Source: an uncultured Cytophagales bacterium
GTDB taxonomy: Bacteria; Bacteroidota; Bacteroidia; Cytophagales; Cyclobacteriaceae
Direction: 5' to 3'
NCBI GenBank assembly: GCA_963803685.1
Contig: CAWDNW010000001.1
Coordinates: forward strand, 1,870,810-1,934,809
DNA: 64,000 bases
Translations under genes and position numbers: made by a program
Part shown: positions 21,159 through 30,593 of the stretch, in pieces
How positions within the stretch are numbered: position 1 is the stretch's first letter
Layout: every line of letters begins with the position of its first letter
The notes under the pieces: model-generated
The model's database searches: none
What the model was told of the DNA's origin: nothing
Seen by the model: the letters and a program-made list of their open reading frames with translations, nothing else

Positions 21159-21839
21159 TTAAAATTTAACTACAAAAGCACCGGGAAATCGTTCTGCCAT
21201 GTAAGCTTTCAATTCATCTGCTTTCTTTCTACTATTGTAATTTCCCACAATTATAGCATAGACCTTTTTATGTTGTAAGTCCCTCACTTCAATTAACACA
21301 TCCTCATTGTATGATTTTTCCAGGTTTTCAGTTAAGCTCAAAGTATTTTCAAACTTTTGAAAACTACCTACCTGCACTCCCCATCCATCAGGATCCTCTT
21401 TCTTTGCTTCAATGGAGAAGAAAGTTTTATTGTCGGTAGGCCTATCCATCTGAAGAAATTTATTACTTCCAGATCTGCCATCACCACCATCAACTACCTC
21501 AATTTCTACTTCTGTTAAACCCTGAGAAGTAAATTTCAATTTTTCAGCTGCAGATCTTGATAAATCTATTACTCTTCCTTCCACAAAAGGACCTCTGTCA
21601 TTTATTTTCACCTCTACATTTTCATCGTTTGCCAGATTAGTTACTTTTACAATGGTTCCAAAAGGAAGAAATTTATGAGCAGCAGTTAATTTTCCATGAT
21701 CATATTTTTCACCACTTGCTGTGAATCTACCGTCAAACTTATCAGCGTAGTAAGAAGCTATTCCTTTGTGAACTTGAGCTTGTGCACTACAAGACATTAT
21801 TAAATGTAGAAATAATGCTGTTATTACTAATTTATACAT
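21159..21839 (-). CDS. rlpA: Septal-ring lytic transglycosylase RlpA family protein with a C-terminal SPOR domain
   Basis: 226 aa with a DPBB motif (GIASYYADKFDGRFTASGEKY...VKINDRGPF) and a SPOR-like C-terminus (WGVQVGSF...). Confidence 0.85.
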   Translation of the reverse strand: MYKLVITALFLHLIMSCSAQAQVHKGIASYYADKFDGRFTASGEKYDHGKLTAAHKFLPFGTIVKVTNLANDENVEVKINDRGPFVEGRVIDLSRSAAEKLKFTSQGLTEVEIEVVDGGDGRSGSNKFLQMDRPTDNKTFFSIEAKKEDPDGWGVQVGSFQKFENTLSLTENLEKSYNEDVLIEVRDLQHKKVYAIIVGNYNSRKKADELKAYMAERFPGAFVVKF

Positions 21840-21946
21840 GTTAAAATAATATTTTTCTGTAAAAATGAGTGAAAATAATGTTTAGTCAGCTATTTTCACA
21901 AAAATTAAATAAACTGTTAATTTGCACAGCGAAATAATATAACAAT

Positions 21947-24010
21947 TTGATTTCAGAAAAAGGACTTTTACGCCTCTCACTTTTATTTGCTGTTTTATGC
22001 TGGTTAGCTTTAATTACAGCTGATTTATTTTTGCTCTTTGCCCAAATTAATAAGGCTAATGCGGGAATAACTAAAGAAGTGCCATATTTATTTTTGGCAT
22101 TATTTATTTTGTTTACATTTTTTTACTTTCGATTAAAGATTCAAAAAGCAGAAAGTGTAAATTTTATTGACTTGTTATGGAGAGTATTTTCCACAGGGCT
22201 TATCGTTTCACTCATACAGTTAGCCATCGGGTTGTTCTTTTATTTGCTAAGCAATAGCAAATTATTGCAGAATGACCTCGCTATAAACTTCTTTTACCAC
22301 ATTAATCTTGCTGCTGTAATCGTATTTTTAACCTCCACCTTTGTGGTTTGGAAACGTCTCATTCTCTATCAGAAAAATAAAAGGCTTCTTATACTTTGGA
22401 GAATATTTGAATACAGCTTGTTAGCTACATTATTGTTCAATTTTTTTCAAAAACAGTTTCCGGATTGGGCATTTTTAGGCTTACTGGGTCTTTTTTTTAT
22501 ATACAGTTTAATCCTTGCCTTTAACCTTAAATGGATTGCGTATTTAAATTTTAAACAGAAGTGGAGAAGTATTTTACTCCTCGCATTGGTAATACTTTAC
22601 CTCTACTATTTCATTAACAACTTGATCAATTTCGATAGTGAATTCAACCTCATCATGAATTTACTGACTGATGTTTTCGTGCTTTCTCTTGTGGGATTCA
22701 TATCAATTTATTCGCTTATTTCAATATTAGTTATTTTGTTTAATTTACCTACTTCATCTGTTTTTGAGCAGAAAATTAGTGAGGTGCTCAATTTTCAGAG
22801 GTTAAGTCAATCTATTCAAAAAGGTGATAGTGAAGATCAAGTATATAATGTATTACTGGAAAGTTCAATAAATGCGGTTTTTTCCACCAGCGCCTGGTTG
22901 GAAATTTTTGAGGAGGAAAAACCTAATAAGGTAATTCGCTCAGCAATTTCTGAAAATCAAATGCAGCAGGTGAAAAAAAGCATTCAGGAAAGTGGAATCT
23001 TTTCTTACCTTAATAAGCAACAATCCATTAGTTTTAAAAAGAACCTTAACCCAACTAAGCTAACAGCAAATTTAAATGACCCGGATTATAATTCTGTGCT
23101 TGCAGTGCCATTAATTATTCAGGATAGGCAAATTGGGCTTTTAGTTTTATTAAAAGATGTTACTGATGGTTTTAACAAAGAGATGCTGGATATAATCAGC
23201 TCTTTCGTTAACCAGGCATGCATTTCTATTGAAAACTTCGAGTTGCTTTCTAAAGCATTGGAGAATGAAAGATACAGAGAGGAGCTTAAAATTGCTATGC
23301 GTGTGCAGAAAAGTCTATTGCCTCACGAACTGATCAATGATGAAAATTTTGAAATGTTTGCTTTTTATGAATCGGCAGATGAAGTAGGAGGTGACTACTA
23401 CGATTATTATAAGACTTCTACAGACACTACTGCTGTTATTATGGGTGATGTCTCTGGAAAGGGAACTTCAGCGGCTTTTAACATGGCTCAGATGAAAGGC
23501 GTTTTCCATAGTTTGGTACAATTAAATTTAGATTCAAAAGCTTTTCTTTCTCGAGCTAACAGCGCCTTAAGTAACTGCTTGGAAAAAACATCCTTCATTA
23601 CAGCTGCATACTACATAATAAATGCTAAGGAAAAAACTATTTCATTTTCAAGGGCAGGTCATTGCCCAGCACTTTTTTATCATCATGAAAATAAGCAAAC
23701 GAAATTTTTCAAGAACCGAGGCTTGGGCTTAGGAATAGTAAGGAATGACAGTTACCATGAATACGTTGATATTCAAGAAATTTCTTACAAGCCAGGTGAT
23801 ATTCTTTTTTTATATACCGATGGTATTATAGAAGCTAAGAATTTGCATGGAGAAGAATATGGATATGATAGGCTAAGTGAAGTAGTAGCATTAAATGGGG
23901 ATAAAAGTCCTGAAGCAATAAAAACTGCGGTGATAGAAAATTTGTATGAGTTCATCGGGTCAGAAGGGCTGGATGACGATTATACTACATTAATCATCAA
24001 ATTTTTATGA
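21947..24010 (+). CDS. Membrane-anchored GAF-PP2C (SpoIIE/RsbU-type) serine phosphatase
   Basis: 687 aa. The first ~270 aa are polytopic membrane, the middle is GAF-like, and the C-terminus carries PP2C motifs (EVGGDYYDY, GDVSGKGTSAA, LYTDGIIEA, DDDYTTLII). It has a TTG start. Confidence 0.8.
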   Translation: MISEKGLLRLSLLFAVLCWLALITADLFLLFAQINKANAGITKEVPYLFLALFILFTFFYFRLKIQKAESVNFIDLLWRVFSTGLIVSLIQLAIGLFFYLLSNSKLLQNDLAINFFYHINLAAVIVFLTSTFVVWKRLILYQKNKRLLILWRIFEYSLLATLLFNFFQKQFPDWAFLGLLGLFFIYSLILAFNLKWIAYLNFKQKWRSILLLALVILYLYYFINNLINFDSEFNLIMNLLTDVFVLSLVGFISIYSLISILVILFNLPTSSVFEQKISEVLNFQRLSQSIQKGDSEDQVYNVLLESSINAVFSTSAWLEIFEEEKPNKVIRSAISENQMQQVKKSIQESGIFSYLNKQQSISFKKNLNPTKLTANLNDPDYNSVLAVPLIIQDRQIGLLVLLKDVTDGFNKEMLDIISSFVNQACISIENFELLSKALENERYREELKIAMRVQKSLLPHELINDENFEMFAFYESADEVGGDYYDYYKTSTDTTAVIMGDVSGKGTSAAFNMAQMKGVFHSLVQLNLDSKAFLSRANSALSNCLEKTSFITAAYYIINAKEKTISFSRAGHCPALFYHHENKQTKFFKNRGLGLGIVRNDSYHEYVDIQEISYKPGDILFLYTDGIIEAKNLHGEEYGYDRLSEVVALNGDKSPEAIKTAVIENLYEFIGSEGLDDDYTTLIIKFL

Positions 24011-24047
24011 CATGGACTCAACCTACTGAAAATAAGCACGTAAAACA

Positions 24048-24401
24048 ATGAGTATGATAGAAATTGAGACCTTTAAAGAAGGTGATATAAATGTTATTTC
24101 TGTAAAAGGAGATGTTGATGCAAGTTCAAGTATTCATCTGGATGAAGCATTATTAAAGCTTTCAGAGGACCCAACGACCAAATATATTTTGGTTGATGGT
24201 ACAGACTTAGAGTATATTTCATCGGCTGGTTTAGGTGTTTTTATGTCATATATTGATGATTTTAAAATCAAAAATATTAAAATGATCTTGTTTGGTTTGA
24301 GTAGTAAAGTTGAAAATGTATTTCAAATATTAGGGTTAGATCAATTATTAAATATTGTAGAAGGAAAAAAGGAAGCGAAGGAAAAGTTAAATGAATTTTA
24401 A
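24048..24401 (+). CDS. STAS-domain anti-sigma-factor antagonist (SpoIIAA/RsbV-like)
   Basis: 117 aa with the conserved phosphorylatable-serine context DLEYISSAGLGVF. Confidence 0.85.
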   Translation: MSMIEIETFKEGDINVISVKGDVDASSSIHLDEALLKLSEDPTTKYILVDGTDLEYISSAGLGVFMSYIDDFKIKNIKMILFGLSSKVENVFQILGLDQLLNIVEGKKEAKEKLNEF

Positions 24402-24807
24402 TCTTAAAGTATATTGTGAAAAAACGCGCCTGAAGGATATTCGGGATTTCATAACTGAGAAGTTAAAAGCATATTCTCGTAACGAGCTGGAAATTAATCA
24501 GATGGTGCTGGCGGTAGATGAGGTGTGTGCAAACCTAATTATTCACTCTAATTATTGTAATGCTGATGAGGCTATTTATTTGCAAGTAATAGTTGAAAAA
24601 AAAGGGGTAACTTTTGAGATTAGTGATGAAGGGAAGAAATTTGACTTTACAGATTATAAAGAACCATCTATTCAAGAGGTTGTAACCGCTAAGAAAAAAG
24701 GCGGAATAGGTTTAATGCTAGTTAAACGAATCATGGATAAGGTAGAGTTTAGTTCTGAAAATGACAGAAATAAATGCGTACTCTTCAAAAAATTCACAGA
24801 TCAATAG
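24391..24807 (+). CDS. Anti-sigma regulatory serine kinase (SpoIIAB/RsbW-like HATPase_c)
   Basis: 138 aa with an N-box (DEVCANLIIHS) and a G-box (KKGGIGLMLV). It overlaps the STAS gene by 11 nt. Confidence 0.8.
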   Translation: MNFNLKVYCEKTRLKDIRDFITEKLKAYSRNELEINQMVLAVDEVCANLIIHSNYCNADEAIYLQVIVEKKGVTFEISDEGKKFDFTDYKEPSIQEVVTAKKKGGIGLMLVKRIMDKVEFSSENDRNKCVLFKKFTDQ

Positions 24808-24960
24808 TCTACATCTTACTTTCCTACATCAACTTTTTATAGACGAACTCCATTTGATGTAATGATTGCTTAGCTATCTCACAAATTAATAGTATTTTTA
24901 CGCGACTATATATTGGTCTCTTTCTAACTAAAAATATTAAATACCTATCCATCAAAGATT

Positions 24961-27264
24961 ATGAATGAAATCGCAATACCAATAATTTTGTTTATAGTTG
25001 CATTTACATTAGTAGTTTCACACTTCGGAAATAGCCATAAACTAACAAAATCGTATAGTACCCTTGCCAGGATCCGCTTTAATTTTCAAAAGCTAGTAAA
25101 GTATTCTTTCTCATTTTGTTTGATTTTATTATTCTTTACTTCATGTAAAACGCAACAGGATACCTCCCAGGCAACGAATGAACCCAAAGTGAAAAAAGAA
25201 CCTATTTTTACTATAAACAATACTTATATATACCCTGAGGAATTGCTGTATGCTTATGAAAAGAGCAATAAAAACAAAGGTAGCTCAGAACCTATTGAGG
25301 ATTACCTTGATTTGTATATTAATTTTAAATTAAAGGTAGAGGACGCAAAAAAAGCAGGTTTAGATACACTGCCCAGCTACAAGAATGAATTGAAGGGCTA
25401 CTTAGAAGATATTAAAAAGCCGTATTTAACATCTGAAAAAGTAAATGAAGAATTACTTCAGGAAACCTATCAGAGGCTTCAAAATGAAATTAACGCTTCG
25501 CATATTTTAATAAGAGTGGAAGAAGCAGACTCTCCTACAGATACGCTGGAAGCCTATAATAAAATAAAGGAGCTTCGTGAGAAGGCTCTTGCTGGAGACG
25601 ATTTTGGGCAATTGGCACAAAAGTATTCTGAAGATCCTTCTGCAAGATCTAACCAGGGGGACTTGGGTTGGTTCACTGCTTTTCAAATGGTGTATCCATT
25701 TGAATCTGCAGCCTATAAAACTGGCAAGGGCGAGGTGTCTGAAATCATAAGAACAAAATTCGGATACCATATAGTGAAAGTTAATGAAAAAAGAGAAACG
25801 CTAGGACGTATTAAATTAGCGCATATCATGTTACGTTTCCCACCAAAAGCAGATGAGAAAGATAGTGCGAATGTCTTTCAAAAAATTAATAAGATCAGTG
25901 AGGAGCTAGAGCAGGGGGAAGATTGGTTCGCACTGGCTGCGAAATATTCAGAGGATTTAAATACAAAAGATCAAGGGGGTAGTTTACCCTGGTTTGGTGC
26001 AGGTAACCTGCCTTCCGCTTTGGAACAGGTTGCATTTGAACTAATTCAGTTTAATGAGATTTCTGAGCCAGTGCAAAGTCCGTATGGATGGCATATTCTT
26101 AAATTAGAAGAAAAACGAGGTGTTGGCAGTTTAGAAAGTATGGAAGAAAGTTTAACGCGCCGAATCCAACGAGATCAGAGATCAGAGCTGAAACTAACTG
26201 AAGTGCTAGAAAGCCTTAAGAAGGAAAATAAGTTTAAAAGAAATGAATTAGTATATAGTTGGTTAAAATCAAATAGCACCTTGCATGATAGTTTAAAAGC
26301 GAGTGTGCGTAAGAATGAGGTGCTTTTTTATATTTCTGACCAATCTTACTCTGTGAGTGATTTCTTCGCAAATAGTGCTAAAAATGCGCCGGTAGAGAGT
26401 GCTTTAAGTGAATATGAGAGAACTAAGTTGTTGGAATATGAAAATCAGCATTTACCAGAGAAATATCCGGAATACAGATTGCTAGCTAACGAATACCGGG
26501 ATGGATTGTTGCTTTTCGAAATCATGAGCAGGGAAGTTTGGGATAAAGTAAGTTCTGATAGCACGGGATTGAGAAATTACTTCGAGGAAAGAAAGGATGA
26601 TTTCAAAACTAAATCGAAGGTGGTAGCGGATTTATTTTTATTTAATGATACTTCTAATATAAACTTTACAAGGCAATTAAATCAGAATGGATTTTATCCT
26701 TTAAATACACCTGTTGTATATGAAAATAAAACGTCATTAAGTAGTAAATTAAAGGAATTGAAAGTTTTTTCGGATACCATATATGTTCAATTAAAGAGAC
26801 CTACTGTTTTAAAAGCTACTGATTCAACTGCAATCTATTCAACGCTTCAAAGCACCTTTATAAATAGAGAAATGATGAAACCTATCTATTCCGAGGAAAA
26901 TAAAATATATTTGCAATTATATGGGAAGCCAAGTATTGAATTTAGTAAAATTTATAAGGGGTTAATCGCTGCAGAACAAAAAATTCTCACAATAGGAGAG
27001 AAAGAAAACGGTATGGTAATTCCTGAGAAGCCAGGGTACTATCAGGCATTTAATAATGAAGGGAAACTTCAAATTCTACAGGTGAAGAGAATTCTTAAAA
27101 GTCTGCCCAGGACTTTTGAAGAGGCGAAACCGGATTTAATTTCTGAGTATCAGAATTTCCTTGAAAGCAGGTGGATTGAACAATTAAATAAAGAAAATAC
27201 AGTTAAGGTTAATACTGAATTATTAGAAAAGCTAAAAAGTGAATTTGAGTCAGAAAATTTATAG
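24961..27264 (+). CDS. Large PpiC/parvulin-type peptidyl-prolyl isomerase (PpiD/SurA-like chaperone) with two parvulin domains
   Basis: 767 aa with two parvulin signatures (SHILIRV...GDLGWF...GYHIVKV and AHIMLRF...GSLPWF...GWHILKL). The N-terminus has a hydrophobic helix and then a second, lipobox-like segment (LILLFFTSC). Confidence 0.8.
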   Translation: MNEIAIPIILFIVAFTLVVSHFGNSHKLTKSYSTLARIRFNFQKLVKYSFSFCLILLFFTSCKTQQDTSQATNEPKVKKEPIFTINNTYIYPEELLYAYEKSNKNKGSSEPIEDYLDLYINFKLKVEDAKKAGLDTLPSYKNELKGYLEDIKKPYLTSEKVNEELLQETYQRLQNEINASHILIRVEEADSPTDTLEAYNKIKELREKALAGDDFGQLAQKYSEDPSARSNQGDLGWFTAFQMVYPFESAAYKTGKGEVSEIIRTKFGYHIVKVNEKRETLGRIKLAHIMLRFPPKADEKDSANVFQKINKISEELEQGEDWFALAAKYSEDLNTKDQGGSLPWFGAGNLPSALEQVAFELIQFNEISEPVQSPYGWHILKLEEKRGVGSLESMEESLTRRIQRDQRSELKLTEVLESLKKENKFKRNELVYSWLKSNSTLHDSLKASVRKNEVLFYISDQSYSVSDFFANSAKNAPVESALSEYERTKLLEYENQHLPEKYPEYRLLANEYRDGLLLFEIMSREVWDKVSSDSTGLRNYFEERKDDFKTKSKVVADLFLFNDTSNINFTRQLNQNGFYPLNTPVVYENKTSLSSKLKELKVFSDTIYVQLKRPTVLKATDSTAIYSTLQSTFINREMMKPIYSEENKIYLQLYGKPSIEFSKIYKGLIAAEQKILTIGEKENGMVIPEKPGYYQAFNNEGKLQILQVKRILKSLPRTFEEAKPDLISEYQNFLESRWIEQLNKENTVKVNTELLEKLKSEFESENL

Positions 27265-28135
27265 GGGAGTAGTTGTTTTATTATTGGCTACTCTTACCGG
27301 TTCATGTGAATATATAAATTTAAAGCAAACAGGAGAGGAGGAACTGTCTAAAGAAAAGACTGTTATTGCAAAAGTAGCTGAATCAACGCTTTATCTGGAG
27401 GATTTAAAAGGTCTTGTTACAAAAGATGTTTCTGCAACAGATAGTGCCAATTTAGTAAACAGGTATGTTAATTCGTGGGTAAAAAAGCAATTATTAATTG
27501 ATGAAGCTGCTGAGAAGATAAATTTTGACATTGCGGCTATTGATAGAAAAGTGCTGGATTACAAATATGCTTTGATGGTTCATGAGTATAAGAAATACTA
27601 TGTAAACCAAAAGTTAGATACAAGCATAAGTGAGCAGGCGGTGAAAAATTACTTCACAGAAAACAAAAATAATTTTGAACTAAAGCAAAACATTATTAGA
27701 GGTTATTTTATTAAAATAACTAAGAATGCACCAAAAATTAAGAAATTAAAAAATTTGGTTCTTTCTTCAAAAGATTCAGACTTTAATGAACTTAAATCAT
27801 ACTGCTTCCGCTTTGCTGACACCTATTTTCTGGAAGATACAGTATGGATTAATTTTGATGAAGTAATAAGGAACACACCTTTTGTAAGTATAACCAATAA
27901 GGCACAATTTCTTAAGGTGAACAATTACGTAGAGGAAGAAGATGAAGAATTTAAATACATTCTGAGAATAAAAGAATATAAGATCTCAGATCAAACATCT
28001 CCTTTAGAGTTCGTGAGAAATGATATTAAACAAATTATTCTAAACAAGAGAAAAGTAGCCATTGCCACCAAATTGGAAGAGGAAGTTTTCGAAGAGGCAA
28101 AGCAATCAAACAAATACGAAATATTTAACAATTAA
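27239..28135 (+). CDS. Hypothetical lipoprotein, SurA N-terminal-domain-like
   Basis: 298 aa with the lipobox LLATLTGSC and a helical K/E-rich body with no parvulin motif. It has a GTG start overlapping the upstream stop by 26 nt. Confidence 0.55.
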   Translation: MNLSQKIYRGVVVLLLATLTGSCEYINLKQTGEEELSKEKTVIAKVAESTLYLEDLKGLVTKDVSATDSANLVNRYVNSWVKKQLLIDEAAEKINFDIAAIDRKVLDYKYALMVHEYKKYYVNQKLDTSISEQAVKNYFTENKNNFELKQNIIRGYFIKITKNAPKIKKLKNLVLSSKDSDFNELKSYCFRFADTYFLEDTVWINFDEVIRNTPFVSITNKAQFLKVNNYVEEEDEEFKYILRIKEYKISDQTSPLEFVRNDIKQIILNKRKVAIATKLEEEVFEEAKQSNKYEIFNN

Positions 28136-28136
28136 T

Positions 28137-29468
28137 ATGAAAATAATAGCATTAGCCATTTTACTCTGTTTCATTCAATTAAGTGTAGGGTTTTCTCAGG
28201 CACCGCAAGTTGCGGATCAAATTATTGCCAAAGTAGATAACTACATAGTTTTGGAGTCAGATTTAGCCTTAGCTCATAAAGATTACCTTTCAAGAGGTAA
28301 TGAAAATACTTCTGAGTCCCTTTGCTCCGTCTTGGAAGGATTAATTGTAAATAAATTATTGCTGGCAAAAGCAGAAATTGATTCTGTAGTTGTTAGCGAT
28401 CAGCAAGTAGATGCCCAATTGGAGAATCGGATGAAAATGATGGTAAATCAAATAGGGTCTGAAGAAAAAATAGAAGAATATTATGGCAAAACTATTGAGG
28501 AGTTTAAAGTAGAAATCAGAGGGGATATAAAAGAGCAATTGATCACTCAGGAAATGCAACGTACTATTACTACTGATTTAGAAGTAACCCCTAAAGAGGT
28601 ACAGAAGTTTTTCAAAAGTATCCCCAGAGATAGCTTACCCTATTATTCCACACAGGTACAGGTAGGGCAGATTGTTAAAGATCCTGTAATGAGTAGGGAG
28701 GCTAAGAACAATGTTAAAACGAGGCTGTTGGGCTTAAGAGAAAGAATTGAAGCGGGTGAAGATTTCGAAGATATTGCAAGGCTATATTCCCAGGAGCCGG
28801 GAGCAAAAAAAACCGGGGGTAATATTGGATTTTTTCAGAGAGGAGAGCTGGCTCCAGAATACGAGGCAACTGCCTTGCGAATGAAGCCCGGAGAAATTTC
28901 CAAACCAGTAGAAACTGACTTTGGTTTCCATCTTATTCAATTAATTGAAAGGAGAGGAAATGAATTTAATACGCGCCATATCCTTATCAGGCCTTCATAC
29001 ACCAAAAAGGATTTAGAAAACGCTACGCAATTCCTGGACAGTATTAAATCTCAAATTTTGGCGGATAGTATAAATTTTGAAAAGGCTGCTAAAGAATTTT
29101 CAGATGATATGAATACCTCTGCAAGTGGAGGGTATTTTCTCGATAGGGAAACGGAAAGCACTAAAATATCGGTAGAAGATTTAGAGCCAAATGTTTTCTT
29201 TACTATAGACACTATGAAGGTAGGTAGCATAACGGAGCCGCTGGTTTTTAATAAGCAAGACGGTTCTCAATCTGCAAGAATACTTTTTTATAAAGAGAGA
29301 ATTAGGCCTCACCAAGCTGATATAAAGCTTGATTATCAAAGAATTAAAATAGCTGCTTTAAATAAAAAAAGAAGCGAGACTTTAAATAAATGGTTTGAAG
29401 AAGCTCAATCCGAAGTTTTTGTCATAGTGGATGAAAACTATCAGAATTGTAATATTCTTAATCAATAA
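28137..29468 (+). CDS. SurA-like periplasmic chaperone / peptidyl-prolyl isomerase
   Basis: About 443 aa from the ATG at 28137 (MKIIALAILLCF signal peptide), with parvulin motifs GNIGFF...FGFHLIQL. The 25 codons upstream in the ORF track are treated as read-through. Confidence 0.8.
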   Translation: MKIIALAILLCFIQLSVGFSQAPQVADQIIAKVDNYIVLESDLALAHKDYLSRGNENTSESLCSVLEGLIVNKLLLAKAEIDSVVVSDQQVDAQLENRMKMMVNQIGSEEKIEEYYGKTIEEFKVEIRGDIKEQLITQEMQRTITTDLEVTPKEVQKFFKSIPRDSLPYYSTQVQVGQIVKDPVMSREAKNNVKTRLLGLRERIEAGEDFEDIARLYSQEPGAKKTGGNIGFFQRGELAPEYEATALRMKPGEISKPVETDFGFHLIQLIERRGNEFNTRHILIRPSYTKKDLENATQFLDSIKSQILADSINFEKAAKEFSDDMNTSASGGYFLDRETESTKISVEDLEPNVFFTIDTMKVGSITEPLVFNKQDGSQSARILFYKERIRPHQADIKLDYQRIKIAALNKKRSETLNKWFEEAQSEVFVIVDENYQNCNILNQ

Positions 29469-29470
29469 GT

Positions 29471-30451
29471 ATGGAGAAATTTGAGAATGAAGTGGAGGCA
29501 GCTAATGCCTTGCACAAGAAATATGCTGAAATAAAGAGTGAAATAAATAAAATTATTGTTGGGCAAGATGAGGTTGTTAAACTGGTAATTAGCTCATTGT
29601 TTTGCCATGGACATAGTTTACTAATTGGGGTACCCGGTCTTGCTAAAACGTTACTTATCAAAACGGTGGCTTCTGCAATGAGTTTAAAATTCAATAGAAT
29701 TCAATTTACACCTGATTTAATGCCTTCGGATATACTGGGAGCAGAAACATTAGATAAAGATCGTAACTTCAAGTTTATACAAGGAGCAATTTTCAGTAAT
29801 ATTATTCTAGCTGATGAGATTAATAGAACACCTCCTAAAACGCAGGCAGCTTTACTTGAAGCCATGCAGGAGAAAAATGTAACAATTGCTGGTGCTACCT
29901 ACCAATTACCTGATCCGTTTTTTGTATTAGCTACGCAGAATCCTATTGAGCAGGAAGGAACATACCCGTTGCCGGAAGCGCAATTAGATAGGTTTATGTT
30001 TAATATTATGCTTGACTACCCTTCCTATGAAGATGAAATCAACATAGTAAAGAATAGTGCGAAACAAGCTTCCTCACTCATTAACCCTGTGCTAACTGGA
30101 GAAGAGATATTAGCTTTTCAAGAGCTGGTTGAGAAAGTACCAGTGCCCGATAATGTGGTGGAATATGCTGTCAAATTAGTTCATAGTACTAGACCGAACA
30201 CGACTTATTCTTCTGAAACAACAAATAATTATATTGAGTGGGGTGCTGGTCCCAGAGCGTCACAATTTTTAATAAAAGGTGCCAAATGTAATGCGTTACT
30301 CAACGGAAAGTACTCTCCGGATATTGAAGATGTTAAGGCCATAGCTATACCCGTTTTGAGGCACAGATTAGTGAAGAACTTTAAAGCTGATGCGGAAGGC
30401 GTTAGTATTGAAGAAATAATAGTGGAATTGAACAAATTGGCTGAAAATTAA
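29471..30451 (+). CDS. MoxR-family AAA+ ATPase
   Basis: 326 aa with Walker A GVPGLAKT, Walker B ILADEINR, ATQNPIEQEGTYPLPEAQLDRF and GAGPRAS. Confidence 0.9.
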   Translation: MEKFENEVEAANALHKKYAEIKSEINKIIVGQDEVVKLVISSLFCHGHSLLIGVPGLAKTLLIKTVASAMSLKFNRIQFTPDLMPSDILGAETLDKDRNFKFIQGAIFSNIILADEINRTPPKTQAALLEAMQEKNVTIAGATYQLPDPFFVLATQNPIEQEGTYPLPEAQLDRFMFNIMLDYPSYEDEINIVKNSAKQASSLINPVLTGEEILAFQELVEKVPVPDNVVEYAVKLVHSTRPNTTYSSETTNNYIEWGAGPRASQFLIKGAKCNALLNGKYSPDIEDVKAIAIPVLRHRLVKNFKADAEGVSIEEIIVELNKLAEN

Positions 30452-30560
30452 GATCTCATTTTCATCATTCAATCTATGTGCATAGATAACATGGCCTCAG
30501 CATTTGAATTATTTTAGCCGCTAAAAGGCTTATTTTTAAATATACTGACTCTCTTTGCAA

Positions 30561-30593
30561 CATATCTATATTAAAACCGATTATATAGATATG
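30561..30593 (+). promoter_or_regulatory. 11-bp perfect inverted repeat that includes the start codon of the DUF86-like ORF
   Basis: CATATCTATAT (30561-30571), an 11-nt spacer, then ATATAGATATG (30583-30593). The last three bases are the ATG at 30591. Confidence 0.5.

Noticed and set aside
28062-28136. Upstream extensions of the SurA-like gene (28062), pdxJ (16526, TTG) and the 2OG oxygenase (2799, TTG)
   Set aside because: In each case an internal ATG gives a canonical N-terminus (a signal peptide for Sur[11 protein letters not shown] for PdxJ). The extension overlaps the preceding gene or an intergenic region.
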